A program made the position numbers and the translations under genes. DNA of 58,127 nt, filler included, from Dugesia japonica (taxonomy: Eukaryota), in the NCBI GenBank assembly GCA_001938525.1. It is 4 parts of 4 records of this genome, joined end to end, with 100 filler letters (N's around TTAATTAATTAA, not from the genome) between each part and the next. Parts side by side here need not be neighbours in the genome. Positions count along the whole stretch, not along the records: positions 9,005 to 32,256 come from MQRL01561471.1; positions 32,357 to 42,060 come from MQRL01616490.1; 2 more parts are not named here. The stretch is one strand, 5' to 3'. Shown here in pieces: positions 28,701 through 39,391 of this stretch; the first letter of the stretch is position 1, and each line of letters starts with the position of its first letter. The notes under the pieces were generated by a model. It saw only the letters and a program-made list of their open reading frames with translations. It was not told where the DNA came from and did no database searches.

Positions 28701-29529
28701 AGAAACTAATAGCGGACCTAATGGTGGAGTGAAATTTCAAAATATATTTGAGTATCAGTTACAAAGAATAGTAATAAAATTAAATAGTAATTAAAATTGT
28801 TAATAAAAAAAGAATATAGTATTTCAAATTCTAATTTTTTACAAATAAATTAATTTTAAAAAAATGGTTAAATTTAATTTTTAAATAACGTTACAATATT
28901 TTAATAATTTGAGAAAATTTCAACTAAGCGATAAATTATTTTTTACTTTTGTTGGAATAAACAAATTATTATTGTATAGTTTTTATTTAAATAAAGTGTC
29001 ATGGAGTCATCTGATTTTTAAAATCCAATAATGAGTGTTACTGATTCAACTATATAAATTTTATATATTTTTCATTTATTAAATTATCAATTTGGGAAAC
29101 TGCATTTTAAATTTAATACTAAAGTCATACTTTAAATTCATTATTTAATATTAAATATTGTCGTTATAATTTTATAATAAACGCTTTTCATAGGCGAAAG
29201 ATGATGGCGATCTTGTTGAAGATAATTTAGAAGAAATTAATGGAATAACAAAAGAAATACCATCTTTAATTGAATTAGCGAAATGTGCAGTTAATACGGT
29301 GGAAACTAGTACAAGGAAAAGTACAGAATCTAAAATTAATTTGGAAACTGTCGAAGGCATAGATAGAAATGTACGAGTAATTACAAGAACCGTCGATGCT
29401 GAACTTAATTGGTTGCAAACAGAACGAGAAAAACATTTAAGATCAACAATGGTCCAATATTTAGAAAACCAAATACGGCTTCATACAAATATAACATCAA
29501 TTTTAAATGAAGCGCTTTCATTATTCTGA
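13798..29529 (+). CDS. sorting nexin 9/18/33 family (PX-BAR), 5'-partial; exons 13798-13912, 18848-18978, 19025-19128, 19178-19281, 24223-24300, 27478-27560, 29194-29529
   Basis: All six introns are GT-AG and phase-compatible. The spliced product reads SRRYKQFDWLHNQLSEKYPCIAIPPLPNKQVLG-RYENDFIEGRRKHLQKWL..HPVL (PX), KWTNGKRAIEKD, PICKEYQKIG and AELNWLQTEREKHLRSTMVQYLENQIRLH..ALSLF* (SNX9-type BAR). The N-terminal/SH3 exons were not found. Confidence 0.9.
15781..15881. mobile_element. short hAT-type MITE
   Basis: TIRs CAGTGGTGCACAA / TTGTGCATCACTG. No clear TSD. Confidence 0.55.
16055..17034. mobile_element. non-autonomous TIR element (hAT-like)
   Basis: CAACAACGGATCCA / TGGATCCGTCATTG inverted ends with G-run and C-run subterminal motifs. 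TSD not conserved. Confidence 0.55.
17085..17670 (+). pseudogene. Tc1/IS630-like transposase fragment
   Basis: HTH-like region, then YSLKKITL, NLIIVDEIWFN (cf. FIDESGFN) and ISICCAMAKIGII. Stops and frameshifts present. Confidence 0.6.
17840..17990 (-). mobile_element. solo Penelope pLTR fragment
   Basis: Reverse complement matches 4767-4910 (tttgatcga..atcaatggtta.gtc.aacaattattctc) and 26635-26790. Confidence 0.8.
17951..17987 (-). ncRNA. minimal type I hammerhead ribozyme, intact core
   Basis: caattc-CUGAAGA-a-gac-aaa-guc-GAAA-ua-UC-gaauug: perfect 6-bp stem I, 3-bp stem II, palindromic AUAU stem III and a UC cleavage site. Confidence 0.85.
18185..18345 (-). mobile_element. Gypsy pol 3' end, PPT and LTR start
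   Basis: Reverse complement matches 12865-13020. AAAAAAGGGGA is followed by TATAAGGAAATAAT. Confidence 0.75.
18506..18715. mobile_element. hAT-Charlie-type MITE
   Basis: TIRs CAGTGGCTCCAAA / TTTGGGAACCACTG. Flanks CTTTAAAT / CTTTAGAA (6/8 TSD). Confidence 0.7.
20490..20762. mobile_element. hAT-Charlie-type MITE with perfect TSD
   Basis: CAGAATTTCTTAACCG ... CGGTCAAGAACCCCTG, flanked on both sides by ATCTAAAG. Confidence 0.85.
21229..24141 (-). mobile_element. full-length decayed hAT transposon in an SNX intron
   Basis: TIRs AGGGTTTTTCAAAA / TTTTGAAAAACCCT. TSD TTTCCAAT / TTTCTAAT. Minus-strand BED finger (AQCKRCNKIIKC), GSTQDGAA, CSNHALHL, TRWN and IKPTSKYVERVFS. Many stops. Confidence 0.9.
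24800..26078 (+). mobile_element. Tigger/pogo (CENP-B-like DDE) transposon remnant
   Basis: NADEASLY, ITIMFCSNASGKHKMKLLVI, LLLDNATSHP and SLIQPMNQGVI. Right end ...GGAGTTTACTG followed by TA. Confidence 0.8.
26750..26786 (-). ncRNA. minimal hammerhead ribozyme (GAAG core variant)
   Basis: caattc-CUGACGA-a-gac-aag-guc-GAAG-ua-UC-gaauug. Confidence 0.7.
26811..26847 (+). ncRNA. minimal hammerhead ribozyme (stem III variant)
   Basis: caattc-CUGACGA-a-gac-aag-guc-GAAA-aa-UC-gaauuu. Confidence 0.72.
27020..27113 (+). repeat. Gypsy LTR 3' end (solo fragment)
   Basis: aaattta.ggagttgaatt...aaactcatctaaca matches 47636-47698. Confidence 0.65.
28310..28760 (+). mobile_element. Gypsy gag-end/aspartic protease fragment
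   Basis: CLLDTGVRINAM active-site motif. Collinear with 44410-44830. Confidence 0.8.
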
Positions 29530-31705
29530 TGTTTCCAAGTTATTCGATTCCTTACTGAAAATGATTTAGTATTATTTATTTACTAATTAAAAAGATTTTT
29601 TTAAATAATTTTTTCTACCAAATCAAGCGTTTACTTTGACCATCTTTTAATGTGGCAACTCATTTTTGATTAAGTCTATTATTAATGAATTTATTTGTTT
29701 TAAATAATTTGATACATTGTTTAACTAACTTTTCATGAGTTGATGTAAGTTTTATTGTGATTAAATTACTTTGTAGTTTTTACAGATTTGAAATAAATTT
29801 TTTATAATGTAAGAAAACTCATTTAATAATATAATATATTTAATAAATTTGTAATTTTTATTTTCTTTGTTGTTTAATTATTGAAACAATTTGATATTTA
29901 AAAACATTAAGGATTTCGTAAGAATACCCATCTTCCTTTATTTCTGTTTGGCAAGGATTAGGCTCTATATTCGCGTATTAAGTCTATATAGATCTTGTAT
30001 AGTATAAAAAGTCCGTGAATGCTAAACTAGGAAAAAAAATCCTAGGAGACGAATATTTTTATGATCACTAAAAATTACACTTTCTATAAAAAGCTTAATA
30101 CGTTTAACGGTAGATAATATTGTTGAAAGAAATTTCCTTTTGGGTCACATTTTGTTTATGGATAAACCTGGGTTTAATTTACATAACTCAATCAATTATA
30201 GAAAATTTCTAGTTGTAATAATTTTACAAAGAATTTTTATTTAGAACAATTTAAAATCTATTTAATTTGATACGCTTATTTTATTCAATTATACTACTAA
30301 TTTGGCCAATTTGTTACCGACAATGAAAATCCAAAAATTTTAGAGCGAAATGAATTTATTTTTAATGTTCATTTGGTATGCTTTATGGTTTTATACAAGG
30401 TGTTCGGGGAGGAATGTACAGGACTTTGTAGTTAGCTTCCTTGAGTCATTATAAGTAACAAATGTCTTATAAAGGAAGACAAAGACAAACATTGTATTTA
30501 TAAGTATAAACATTGTATTTACAACATAAAAGAATTTACAACTGTTCAATGTGACCCTCAACTTTCTCCCAAAGTTCCACAAGATTCAACAGCTCCTTCT
30601 GCCAATTGTTGTTTTCAATGTTTGATTTAAATTTTTCAAACGCTGCAAAAATCCTCTCGATCAATTTCTCTTTATTTTCTGGTTTTCCAATTTCATAAGC
30701 TTTTGGATTTTCTGTTGCCCATACATGTTCATTATGAAAATTGTTGATTCCGTCCCTTGTGAATATAGCCTCATCGCAGAATAGAAGTTTGAATCAATTG
30801 CGAGTGCTGATTTAACTATTTGGTAAATCTTACTCTTTATTTTGAAAGTATTTAAAATGATATGGATAAAGATCTTTTTCACGTAACGCCTGCCAAACAA
30901 TTGTTTGTTTAAGTCCAGTTTCAGCTATGATTCTTCGTACGCTTGATTTAGTATCTTTTTTTTACTTTTTTCAATATGACATTGGCTCTGTTTCTTCTTT
31001 GCATAACACTTTCGCTGCATGCCCTAGGGAAACATCCTTTTCCTGTAAGTAACGCTAAGACAAGTTGAAATATTCCACAATCAGGTAAGCTACGGTTAGG
31101 AAATCTTTCGCCATACACCTTTCTAACTGCGCAGAATTACCGTTGCAGTATCCTTACAAAAGTGAAATGGCATTATATCTTATCTATAATATTCAAATGT
31201 TATTAAAATATTCAAATATTTTAATTATTAATAAAAATTTACCTTATTTTAAAATGATGCGACAATAAACAAACATTTGTCTCTTAATAGTTTGAATATT
31301 AACACATACTAAATAAATATAATAGTAGGTGGAGATAGTACGTTCCGAGCTTAGTTAGTAGACCCCCTCTTAAATCCTTAGGTCTCAAAAGCCAAAAATG
31401 ACCCCCAAGTGCCCAAATCGCGATATGTCAATAATATCCCAGGAATTACATAAAAAATCCTAAAAAACCCAAGATTTATCCCAGGTTTTGCAGTAAATAT
31501 CCAGATTTGATAAAAAATGACATTTCCCCCTATTTCCCATTATGATTTGAAAATAAAAATCCAAATCCCGAAAAACATCATTTTTACTGTAATTTCCAGA
31601 CCCCCCAAAATAAAAGTACCTTGCTGGCTTAGTTAGTAAGCCGGAGATTTTATAATATTTATTTGAAGAGGTAATAAGAGGTGTGTTAAATTATTCCTTT
31701 AGAAA

Positions 31706-32256
31706 ATGACGACAATAATGAATAAATGTATTAGATGTGGGAAAACATTTAGAAATAAGACAGGGTTATTAACCCATCTTCAAGCAAGAACATGTACAAG
31801 ACCTAAAGATAAAATTTATACTTGCATAAAATGTTTCGCAAGATTTGAAACTGAATCAGGATTAAGAAAACATAAAAAGTCAGCAATTTGTTGGAATCCA
31901 ATTAATGTGAATTTACATTGTGAAATTTGTAATAAAAATTTTAAAAGACAAGATTTGGCTAAATTAAATTATAATGGAATAGCTCATAATAAAAAAGTTA
32001 GAAGGAATCAACAATTACGAGAAATTGAACAATTAGAACAACATGGAGTTGAACCATTTGAGGAAGAATCAATAAAACCAACATTAGCAAATTTATTTAA
32101 TNGTGAAACATACCCAGATTATGAAATTCAAATTGGATTAAATTCAATATTAAAAATGAAAAAAAATGTGAGTGAAAAAAATTCCCAATCAATTTTAGAT
32201 TTTCAACAAGAGATTACAAATATTGCAAAAAAAGTTTTTGATAGTCAAGGAAAATA
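31706..32256 (+). CDS. C2H2 zinc-finger ORF, probable N-terminus of a Polinton pPolB (cut by scaffold end)
   Basis: Three ZnF-like units. The tail ILDFQQEITNIAKKVFDSQGK resembles INEYQSEITEIVTKYFNYGK, which lies upstream of the pPolB at 54858-55094. Confidence 0.6.
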
Positions 32257-32356
32257 NNNNNNNNNNNNNNNNNNNNNNNNNNNNNNNNNNNNNNNNNNNN
32301 TTAATTAATTAANNNNNNNNNNNNNNNNNNNNNNNNNNNNNNNNNNNNNNNNNNNN
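32257..32356. other. artificial scaffold linker
   Basis: N44-TTAATTAATTAA-N44. Confidence 0.95.
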
Positions 32357-33525
32357 AGATGACGGGAAGTCTCTCCAATGTATGTGGCATTACACCAATT
32401 ACACTCATATTTATAAATAAGATTAGAAACTAATCCACAAAGAATCTTAAACTTATTACTGAACGCACTTATAATTTTAAAAGACCGGGACACAATCTTA
32501 AAATTTGGAAGATTTACTGAAAATTTTAGCAAACCATTTTTAAAATCTTTAAAGCCATCGGAATACGGAATATTTAAAACATAACAAATTTTATCAAGTT
32601 TATTAGATTTATCTGGATCTTTAATAACATTTTCATCGTTTAAATTATTATTCGTATTCAGATTAATTTTATCAATTGTTTCGTATGTTAATCTTTCTAC
32701 AATTGATTTAGAATATTCATTTTTATTTAACAAAGAACTCAAAGTTTGAATATTTATACACGACTTCGAAAATGAAGAAGAGAGATCTATATATTGAACC
32801 TTTAATCCTATTAAATTTAAATCGAGATTAAGAGAAACTACTAGGTGTTGTATATAAACCAGTATCAGTTGGCTTTCGGTAGATTTCTGTCTCATAATTG
32901 TCAGATTTTCGTTCTATTAATAAATCAAGAAAATGAAGTTTACCATTACGTTCCATTTTAGTGGTGAACTTTATATTAGAGTGTAAAGAATTCATATAAT
33001 TTAGAAAAGATTCTATATTAGATTGATTACTAAACACCAAAAAATTATCATCCACATAACGCTTATATCCCAATGGCTTAATTTCCGGAAATTATTCAAT
33101 CTTTTTTTCAATATTGAAGCAAGAGTAAGCGCAAGAGGAGAAACCATAGCATCTCCATCAATTTGCTTATACCAATGATCATTAAATAGAAACTAAATAT
33201 TAGAAGTAGCAAAGGTCAACAGCTTCTTAAAGCCTGTGACATTTAAAATACCTTGTTCCAACAAATTATTTTCCCACAATTCACAACACTGATTTATAAT
33301 TTCATTTAACGGAACATTAGTAAATAAATTCACAACATCAAAAGACATCGTGCATTCTAGTGCATTGTTAACATCAAGGTTAGAAATGAAACGGCAAAAT
33401 TCCAAACTATCCTTACATCCGTATTTAGAAGAAATTAACAATTTAATTTTTTGATCTAAAAATTTAGCAACTTTATATTGAGCCGTGTTAATCATAGATA
33501 AAACAGGTCTCATTGGATAATTATT
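32357..33525 (-). mobile_element. Penelope-like element RT + GIY-YIG, frameshifted
   Basis: MRPVLS, SFDVVNLFTNVP, DAMVSPL, YKRYVDDNF, LHFLD, YRKPTDTG and IYKYECNWCNATYIGETSRH. Confidence 0.92.
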
Positions 33526-33699
33526 TTTTGAACTTTGTTGTTTACTTAGTTCATAAAATTTAATTTTTTATTTAAATTGTATTCACAAATAAGAATTAAA
33601 GTGGCTAAAATTCTCAGGGCTGTAAAATTTGACCAAGATTATATATTTAAAACTTATTTAGATGGAACAACTGTCAGAAAGTAAAAGAGTTAGATAAAA

Positions 33700-34375
33700 A
33701 TTACTATAAGTTACTTAATAATAATCTTTACGGTAAAACGGTTAAAAATCCAGTTTAATAAGGATGTTATTTGTTTGAAACGTCCGAGTTATATAGGACA
33801 CTCTGTACTAGATTTATCTAAACTCAGGATATACCAACTTTGGTATATTTAATTAGAAAAAAACTACAAGGAAAGGAATTATTTTATAAGTATTTTTGCG
33901 GAGGGACACAGTCAGCTTCATTTTAGAAGTTAAAAACATCATGTTAGGAAATTGTTAGGTTTAATGGTACGAAATAAGTTATTAGACAAATCTAATTATA
34001 GAAAAAATCATACACTTTTCCATAATGACCTGAATTCAGTTGTAGGAAAAAGTAAAGATGATTCCAAAGGTATAAGATATAAGGAATGAATTTTTCTGAG
34101 ACCGAAAATTTATAGTTTCCTTTGCGAAAAACCTTCTATTAAGGCTAAGTGAGTAACATCAAAAGGTACCGACATAAACCATCAGTCGTACCTTGATTGT
34201 TATAATAATAGTCAAAAAATCTCAGTTAATCAATTTAGAATTTTCAGTAAAGACTATAAAATATATAGTTATAATAATCCTAAAGTAGCTTTAATCAACA
34301 CCCACTACAAACGAGTATAGGTAGATAAAAATCTAAGTCTACCATACGGACAATATAAAATACCACCCTGTAATA
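33700..34375 (+). pseudogene. Polinton-type DNA polymerase B C-terminal fragment
   Basis: YKLLNNNLYGKTVKN (motif B), FLRPKIYSF, KAK*V and SLPYGQYKI. Heavily disrupted. Confidence 0.75.
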
Positions 34376-34559
34376 ATGGCGACTCAGATTCAATCCAAAC
34401 AACTTAAAGGTAATGATTTATTATTTGTTAATTGATATCAATTTATTTTGTCAGTATTTTCAAACAAGAATAAAACAGTTATCAGTATCCGACAAATTTT
34501 ATTTGAATAAATATTAGTTTTAAAAATATGATTTAAAAACTCAAAAAACATTGGCATTT

Positions 34560-35330
34560 TTTTAAAAAAAATTAAAGAACGCTATTTCCTAAAATATTTA
34601 TTTACTGAAATTAATTTCGACGGAATAACCGTAATCATCAGACAATTATTGATTATTAAAACAAACTATTTTTAAAGTTTAAATGATTATATAATTTCAA
34701 TTATGTAATCTCAATACATAATTAATAAAATAATTTTAAGACAGATGTTGAATCCGTCAACTGAACATTAATTTTAGGATTTAATGGCCTTATCAATAAA
34801 GCTTCACACATCAATCTCTTCCAATAATAATTAAATCCAGTGCACAAACTTTTAAAATCAGAAAACCCTATTGACTTTATACATTTTCTCCGATGCTTAA
34901 ATATATTACTATTTCCAATATTTTGACTATGCTCTTGAACTCTGGTGCAGAGATGACGGGAAGTCTCTCCGATGTATGTAGCGTTACACCCATTACATTT
35001 AAATTGATAAACCAGATCAGAGCCCAAGCCTAAAGGGGTTATAAATTTATTATTGAACATATTTATAACCTTATAAGATTGAGATACAACTTTTAAGTTT
35101 AAAATATCCTTAAGAGCATTTTCAATTGAAAGTTAAAATTTTTTAAAACCTTCGGAATAAGGTAAAGATAAAAGAATTTCAGAATCTATTTCTGCAACCT
35201 CAGATACGTTAGCACCAGACAAATTATTATTTAATTTATATAAAGTTTCATAGACTAATTTGTCTGTAAACAATTTAGAATACCCATTATTATGAAGTAA
35301 TTCAATTAATTTATTTAAACTTTTATCTGC
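34560..35330 (-). mobile_element. Penelope-like element 3' part (GIY-YIG + pLTR)
   Basis: VYQFKCNGCNATYIGETSRHLCTRVQEH..EALLIRPLNPKIN (34722-35060). A hammerhead-like motif lies ~75 nt after the stop. Confidence 0.88.
34604..34646 (-). ncRNA. type I hammerhead ribozyme candidate
   Basis: auugu-CUGAUGA-uu-acgg-uuauu-ccgu-c-GAAA-uuaa-UU-ucagu. Palindromic AUUAAU stem III. Stem I has one mismatch. Confidence 0.6.
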
Positions 35331-35334
35331 TTTG

Positions 35335-36719
35335 ATAAAAAGATAAGGGCAAACGAGATCGATGAATTAGTCCTCGAATCAATTCATCTACTGATGGAAC
35401 CCACTTGTGTCGGAAAGTATTTCTTTCCTGTCATCTGTCTTGCAGTTTACATGCTGTTCCTATTTACCTTGTTTCTCTACCATATTAAATGGCTTATATC
35501 GATTCTCATCCTCATTCCTTGTTCCTTTTGTGTCTCCCATCTGTCTCATTCCCTAATTATCATAACAATTTCCCGCTCTATAACCCTTACTATTGCATCT
35601 TCCGCATCTCATTTCCAACGCCATCTTTTTATGTGTCCTACTTTCCCACATCCAAAACAACTCACATGCCGTCTTTCTGGACACTCTACTCAAATGCCCT
35701 TTCTATAACACGACTAACATTCCATTATTTCTTTTACCGGACAATTTTCTCTCCTGTGACCTACTTTGCGACATTTCTAACATTCCAACTGTTGATTTAA
35801 TTTACTTCTATCTACTTATGTACAACTTGAATTTACTTTTGGATTCTGAAACTCTTGATTTACACCTACGCAAACCTTCGAAAAACATTAATTTTTTCTT
35901 TCGTTCCTTAATTTCTTCCAGTTTTTCTAATTTTCTTAGTACCACTTCTTCCTCAACTCTTCTATTTTCGGAACAAAATACTAACATTTTGGCGGGTAAT
36001 TTCTACTTTGTAAAGTCTTTGTCATCAAATATTCTGTTGACCAGATTCTCCATTTTCTTTACATATACGCCAACATCTAAATTTCCACTTTTAAAATTTA
36101 CTAAATTCTGAAAATCTTCTACTATATCCTTTTCTTTTTCGAACGGCAATCATAACCTCAATTGAAACCCTTCCATCTTTGCCATTTTTACATAATCTTC
36201 TACTAAATCTTCATCCAGTAAACAAAGGACTAGTCTCTCCTGTTCTTTCTTCTGGTTGATACTTTTCGAGTCAAAATATAATTCTGTCATTTTAATAAAA
36301 TTTTCATTATCTTTGCCCTTACAAAATACTTTGGGCAATAGACGTTTGGTGATCGAGTCGGTATTTACCGCTGCCACTAGGTGAGGAATACGCACCTCAT
36401 TAATGATACTTTCTTCTTTTATATGAATTACAAAAACATTACTGGAAACAATGATTAAAAATCTTTTGATTAAAATATATTATAAATAAATATAATTATT
36501 GCTTACAATTAATTTACAACTTGATTATAAATAAATCAACACTTAAATTACAAATAAATTACAATCAAATAATAAAAACGTTATAAAATATATAAAATTT
36601 ATTTTCAGTTAAAATCTTCTAAAATTCCAAATTTACGCCAAACAACTTTACGAAAACTGAAATATTAAAACAACGTAAAAAATTCTCCCATTCAAAAATT
36701 TTTAAAAGTTCCCCTTATA
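35335..36719 (-). mobile_element. Gypsy 5' LTR, tRNA-Leu PBS and decayed gag
   Basis: LTR ~36380-36719. PBS TAGTGGCAGCGGT at 36367-36379. Gag LVAAVNTDSITKRLLPKVFC..FQNLVNF matches 48147-48584. CCHC-knuckle remnants lie downstream. Confidence 0.8.
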
Positions 36720-37955
36720 CTTATGTTTTTATTATTCTTTTTATTCCTCGAGGGAAACTCACAAATAAAGTTTTTGTTTTTCAATATAATCTTTTTAATT
36801 ATAGGTTTTTGTAATTTTTAACATATTAATTGTTTCGATTAAATTAATAATCACAATGAATGAAACATTCTCTATTGAATAGATGGTTTGATGTTCAAAA
36901 TTGAGTTACTTTTTCCAAAAATCAATAGTTCCTCGTGCGAGACTCACAAATTAAGCACATGTTTTCTGTATATTATTTTTTATCTATAAGGTTTGACGAT
37001 TTTTAACTATGTTATTCTAACTCATCGTGAAATTCTTTATCGAATAGTATCAATTTTGATAAATTTGGAGATACAATTTTATTTTTTCGAAAAAATTGCC
37101 AAATCCGGGAGAACAGCTGTCTATCTTCGCTAGGAAGCATTTTAATCGAGATAATATTTTAACTTTGCACTAAACTTAGGTTTTTTCCTGAGTTAAATAA
37201 AACCAAATTTGAGTCAGTAACTGTTATATAAGCAAAGAAAATTGAGCACCAAAATTCAAAATAAATTAATTTCAACCAGGATAATGTTTGATGATTTGAG
37301 GTATTTGATATTTAGACTCAGTGAAAGATTTTCTATGAAATAGTCACCTTGATAACCAATTTTGAGAAGAAAAATGTTTTCGAAAAATTCTATGGAGAAT
37401 ATTAGAAAAACAAAAAATGATCCCCGTAATATTCGGAATCGATTGAAGTGAAAATATCTATATGTTGATAAATTATTTTTAAAAATTTTGGATGTTCACC
37501 CAGATTTCATAAAAATTTTTAGGGCTGTTCACCCGAATTTGCGTAAAAAATCATATATAAGATTTTTCCCAACTAAAAGACTTGAAACAAATTTTTTTCG
37601 AGTAAAAACAGAAAAGATTCTGAATCACTTAATCCGATTACATAAAAATCCAGTAAAAATTAAATATAATTGCATAATATTACGTAAAACAATATTTTCC
37701 TAACTAAAAAANNNNNNNNNNNNNNNNNNNNNNNNNNNNNNNNNNNNNNNNNNNNNNNNNNNNNNNNNNNNNNNNNNNNNNNNNNNNNNNNNNNNNNNNN
37801 NNNNNNNNNNNNNNNNNNNNNNNNNNNNNNNNNNNNNNNNNNNNNNNNNNNNNNNNNNNNNNNNNNNNNNNNNNNNNNNNNNNNNNNNNNNNNNNNNNNN
37901 NTTATACAAAGAATTATAACAGTTGTAAAAAGTCGATAAATTTTAAATGTAACAT

Positions 37956-38927
37956 TTATTTCTTAAGAATTATCATTGGAAAATCGTGTGTCGAAGAAAG
38001 ATGACTATGATAACCTGCTAAATTTTTTAATACTCTTGTACACATACGACAATTAAAAGGACCCTCGTCTTTCATAAATCGTTCATAAAGTGATTTATTT
38101 ACCAATAATTCATTTAAAATATTTTGATATTCTTCGCATCTATTTCTTATGTTTTTAATTGATGAAATCGGCTTATCGGTTAAGTAGTTGAGCGCAACAT
38201 GGCTTGGGATCCAATCAGTCTTATTAAATATATCAGCTTCAATATTAGCCAATCTCTTTCTGTCTTCAGTAGTCCATTTTTTATATGATACAAACATGTT
38301 CTGCGTTAAGGTTACCCCTTCATTGTGATACACGTTTATATGTCTATCTCTCCGAATTTCCTGATAGAATGCCAATTTGCAAAAGTTACAATCAAATCTT
38401 TTTTTAGTTTTATGATTTGGTTCATCAATAAATTGTTCAGTTTTTATGTCTACTGATGAGCAATTCGTTGTAGTTGATAATAATAACTCATCAATGTGAT
38501 CTTTTCGTAAGTGTCTGTTATATCCCATTTCGGTTGCAAATTTGGTATCACAGAGCTTGCAATTGAAGCACATATTTTCTGGCAGTTTTAGGTTACGATC
38601 CTTGAGTTTTTCACTAAGTATACTTTTGTAGTATTTGTCATACTTTCTAATACGAAAAATTGATGAAATGTCTTTGCCTAATTTACATTCTATAATCCCT
38701 CCAGAAGGCTTTATTCCTGTCTTAATTAGATAATATACTTCAAACTCGGCCATTTGTTCTTTATCCGTTTTAGACCATAATTCACAAACCTTTTCTAGAT
38801 TTGGATGAAATGCGTTACCATGCATTCGCAAAGAATCTTTATTACTAAATTTCTTTCCACATACTAAACAAGAAATCCTTTTCTTATCATTTAAATCCCG
38901 AATAATATTTTTCTCTATTTTTTCCAC
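37956..38927 (-). CDS. multi C2H2 zinc-finger + Myb-like protein (R2/NeSL N-terminus-like); 5' end runs into a gap
   Basis: Open 323-aa frame with four C2H2 fingers. CKLCDTKFATEMGYNRHLRKDH and KKWTTEDRKRLANIEA resemble the R2 ZnF and c-Myb motifs. Confidence 0.65.
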   Translation of the reverse strand: MEKIEKNIIRDLNDKKRISCLVCGKKFSNKDSLRMHGNAFHPNLEKVCELWSKTDKEQMAEFEVYYLIKTGIKPSGGIIECKLGKDISSIFRIRKYDKYYKSILSEKLKDRNLKLPENMCFNCKLCDTKFATEMGYNRHLRKDHIDELLLSTTTNCSSVDIKTEQFIDEPNHKTKKRFDCNFCKLAFYQEIRRDRHINVYHNEGVTLTQNMFVSYKKWTTEDRKRLANIEADIFNKTDWIPSHVALNYLTDKPISSIKNIRNRCEEYQNILNELLVNKSLYERFMKDEGPFNCRMCTRVLKNLAGYHSHLSSTHDFPMIILKK

Positions 38928-39249
38928 TTCCTAGAANNNNNNNNNNNNNNNNNNNNNNNNNNNNNNNNNNNNNNNNNNNNNNNNNNNNNNNNNNNNNNNN
39001 NNNNNNNNNNNNNNNNNNNNNNNNNNNNNNNNNNNNNNNNNNNNNNNNNNNNNNNNNNNNNNNNNNNNNNNNNNNNNNNNNNNNNNNNNNNNNNNNNNNN
39101 NNNNNNNNNNNNNNNNNNNNNNNNNNNNNNNNNNNNNTAAAATCGTACAGTAAAAGGCTTAAAAATCTCAACATATTCGACCACAAATTAAATAATTTTA
39201 TATATCTTAAAAGATTTAATAGAAGCTTTGATTAATACTGACGTTTTAT

Positions 39250-39297
39250 GTCCACTGATGAACAATTCTTATTAACGAAATTTATATTTATATGGAC
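39250..39297 (+). ncRNA. hammerhead ribozyme candidate, degenerate
   Basis: gucca-CUGAUGA-(15 nt)-GAAA-(10 nt)-UA-uggac. Perfect 5-bp stem I, weak stems II and III. Confidence 0.55.
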
Positions 39298-39391
39298 TTC
39301 TACTTACATATAGTAATTTTAGGATAATTTCTTTCAAGTACGTCAAGAATACGTTAACTTTAACTGTTTTATTTTCGATAATTGTCACTAT

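Noticed and set aside
31706-32895. Apparent convergent ZnF and GIY-YIG gene pair
   Set aside because: The two ORFs are separated by the artificial linker and lie on different scaffolds.
35394-36111. Three overlapping hydrophobic + strand ORFs
   Set aside because: Antisense shadows of the purine-rich Gypsy gag on the - strand.
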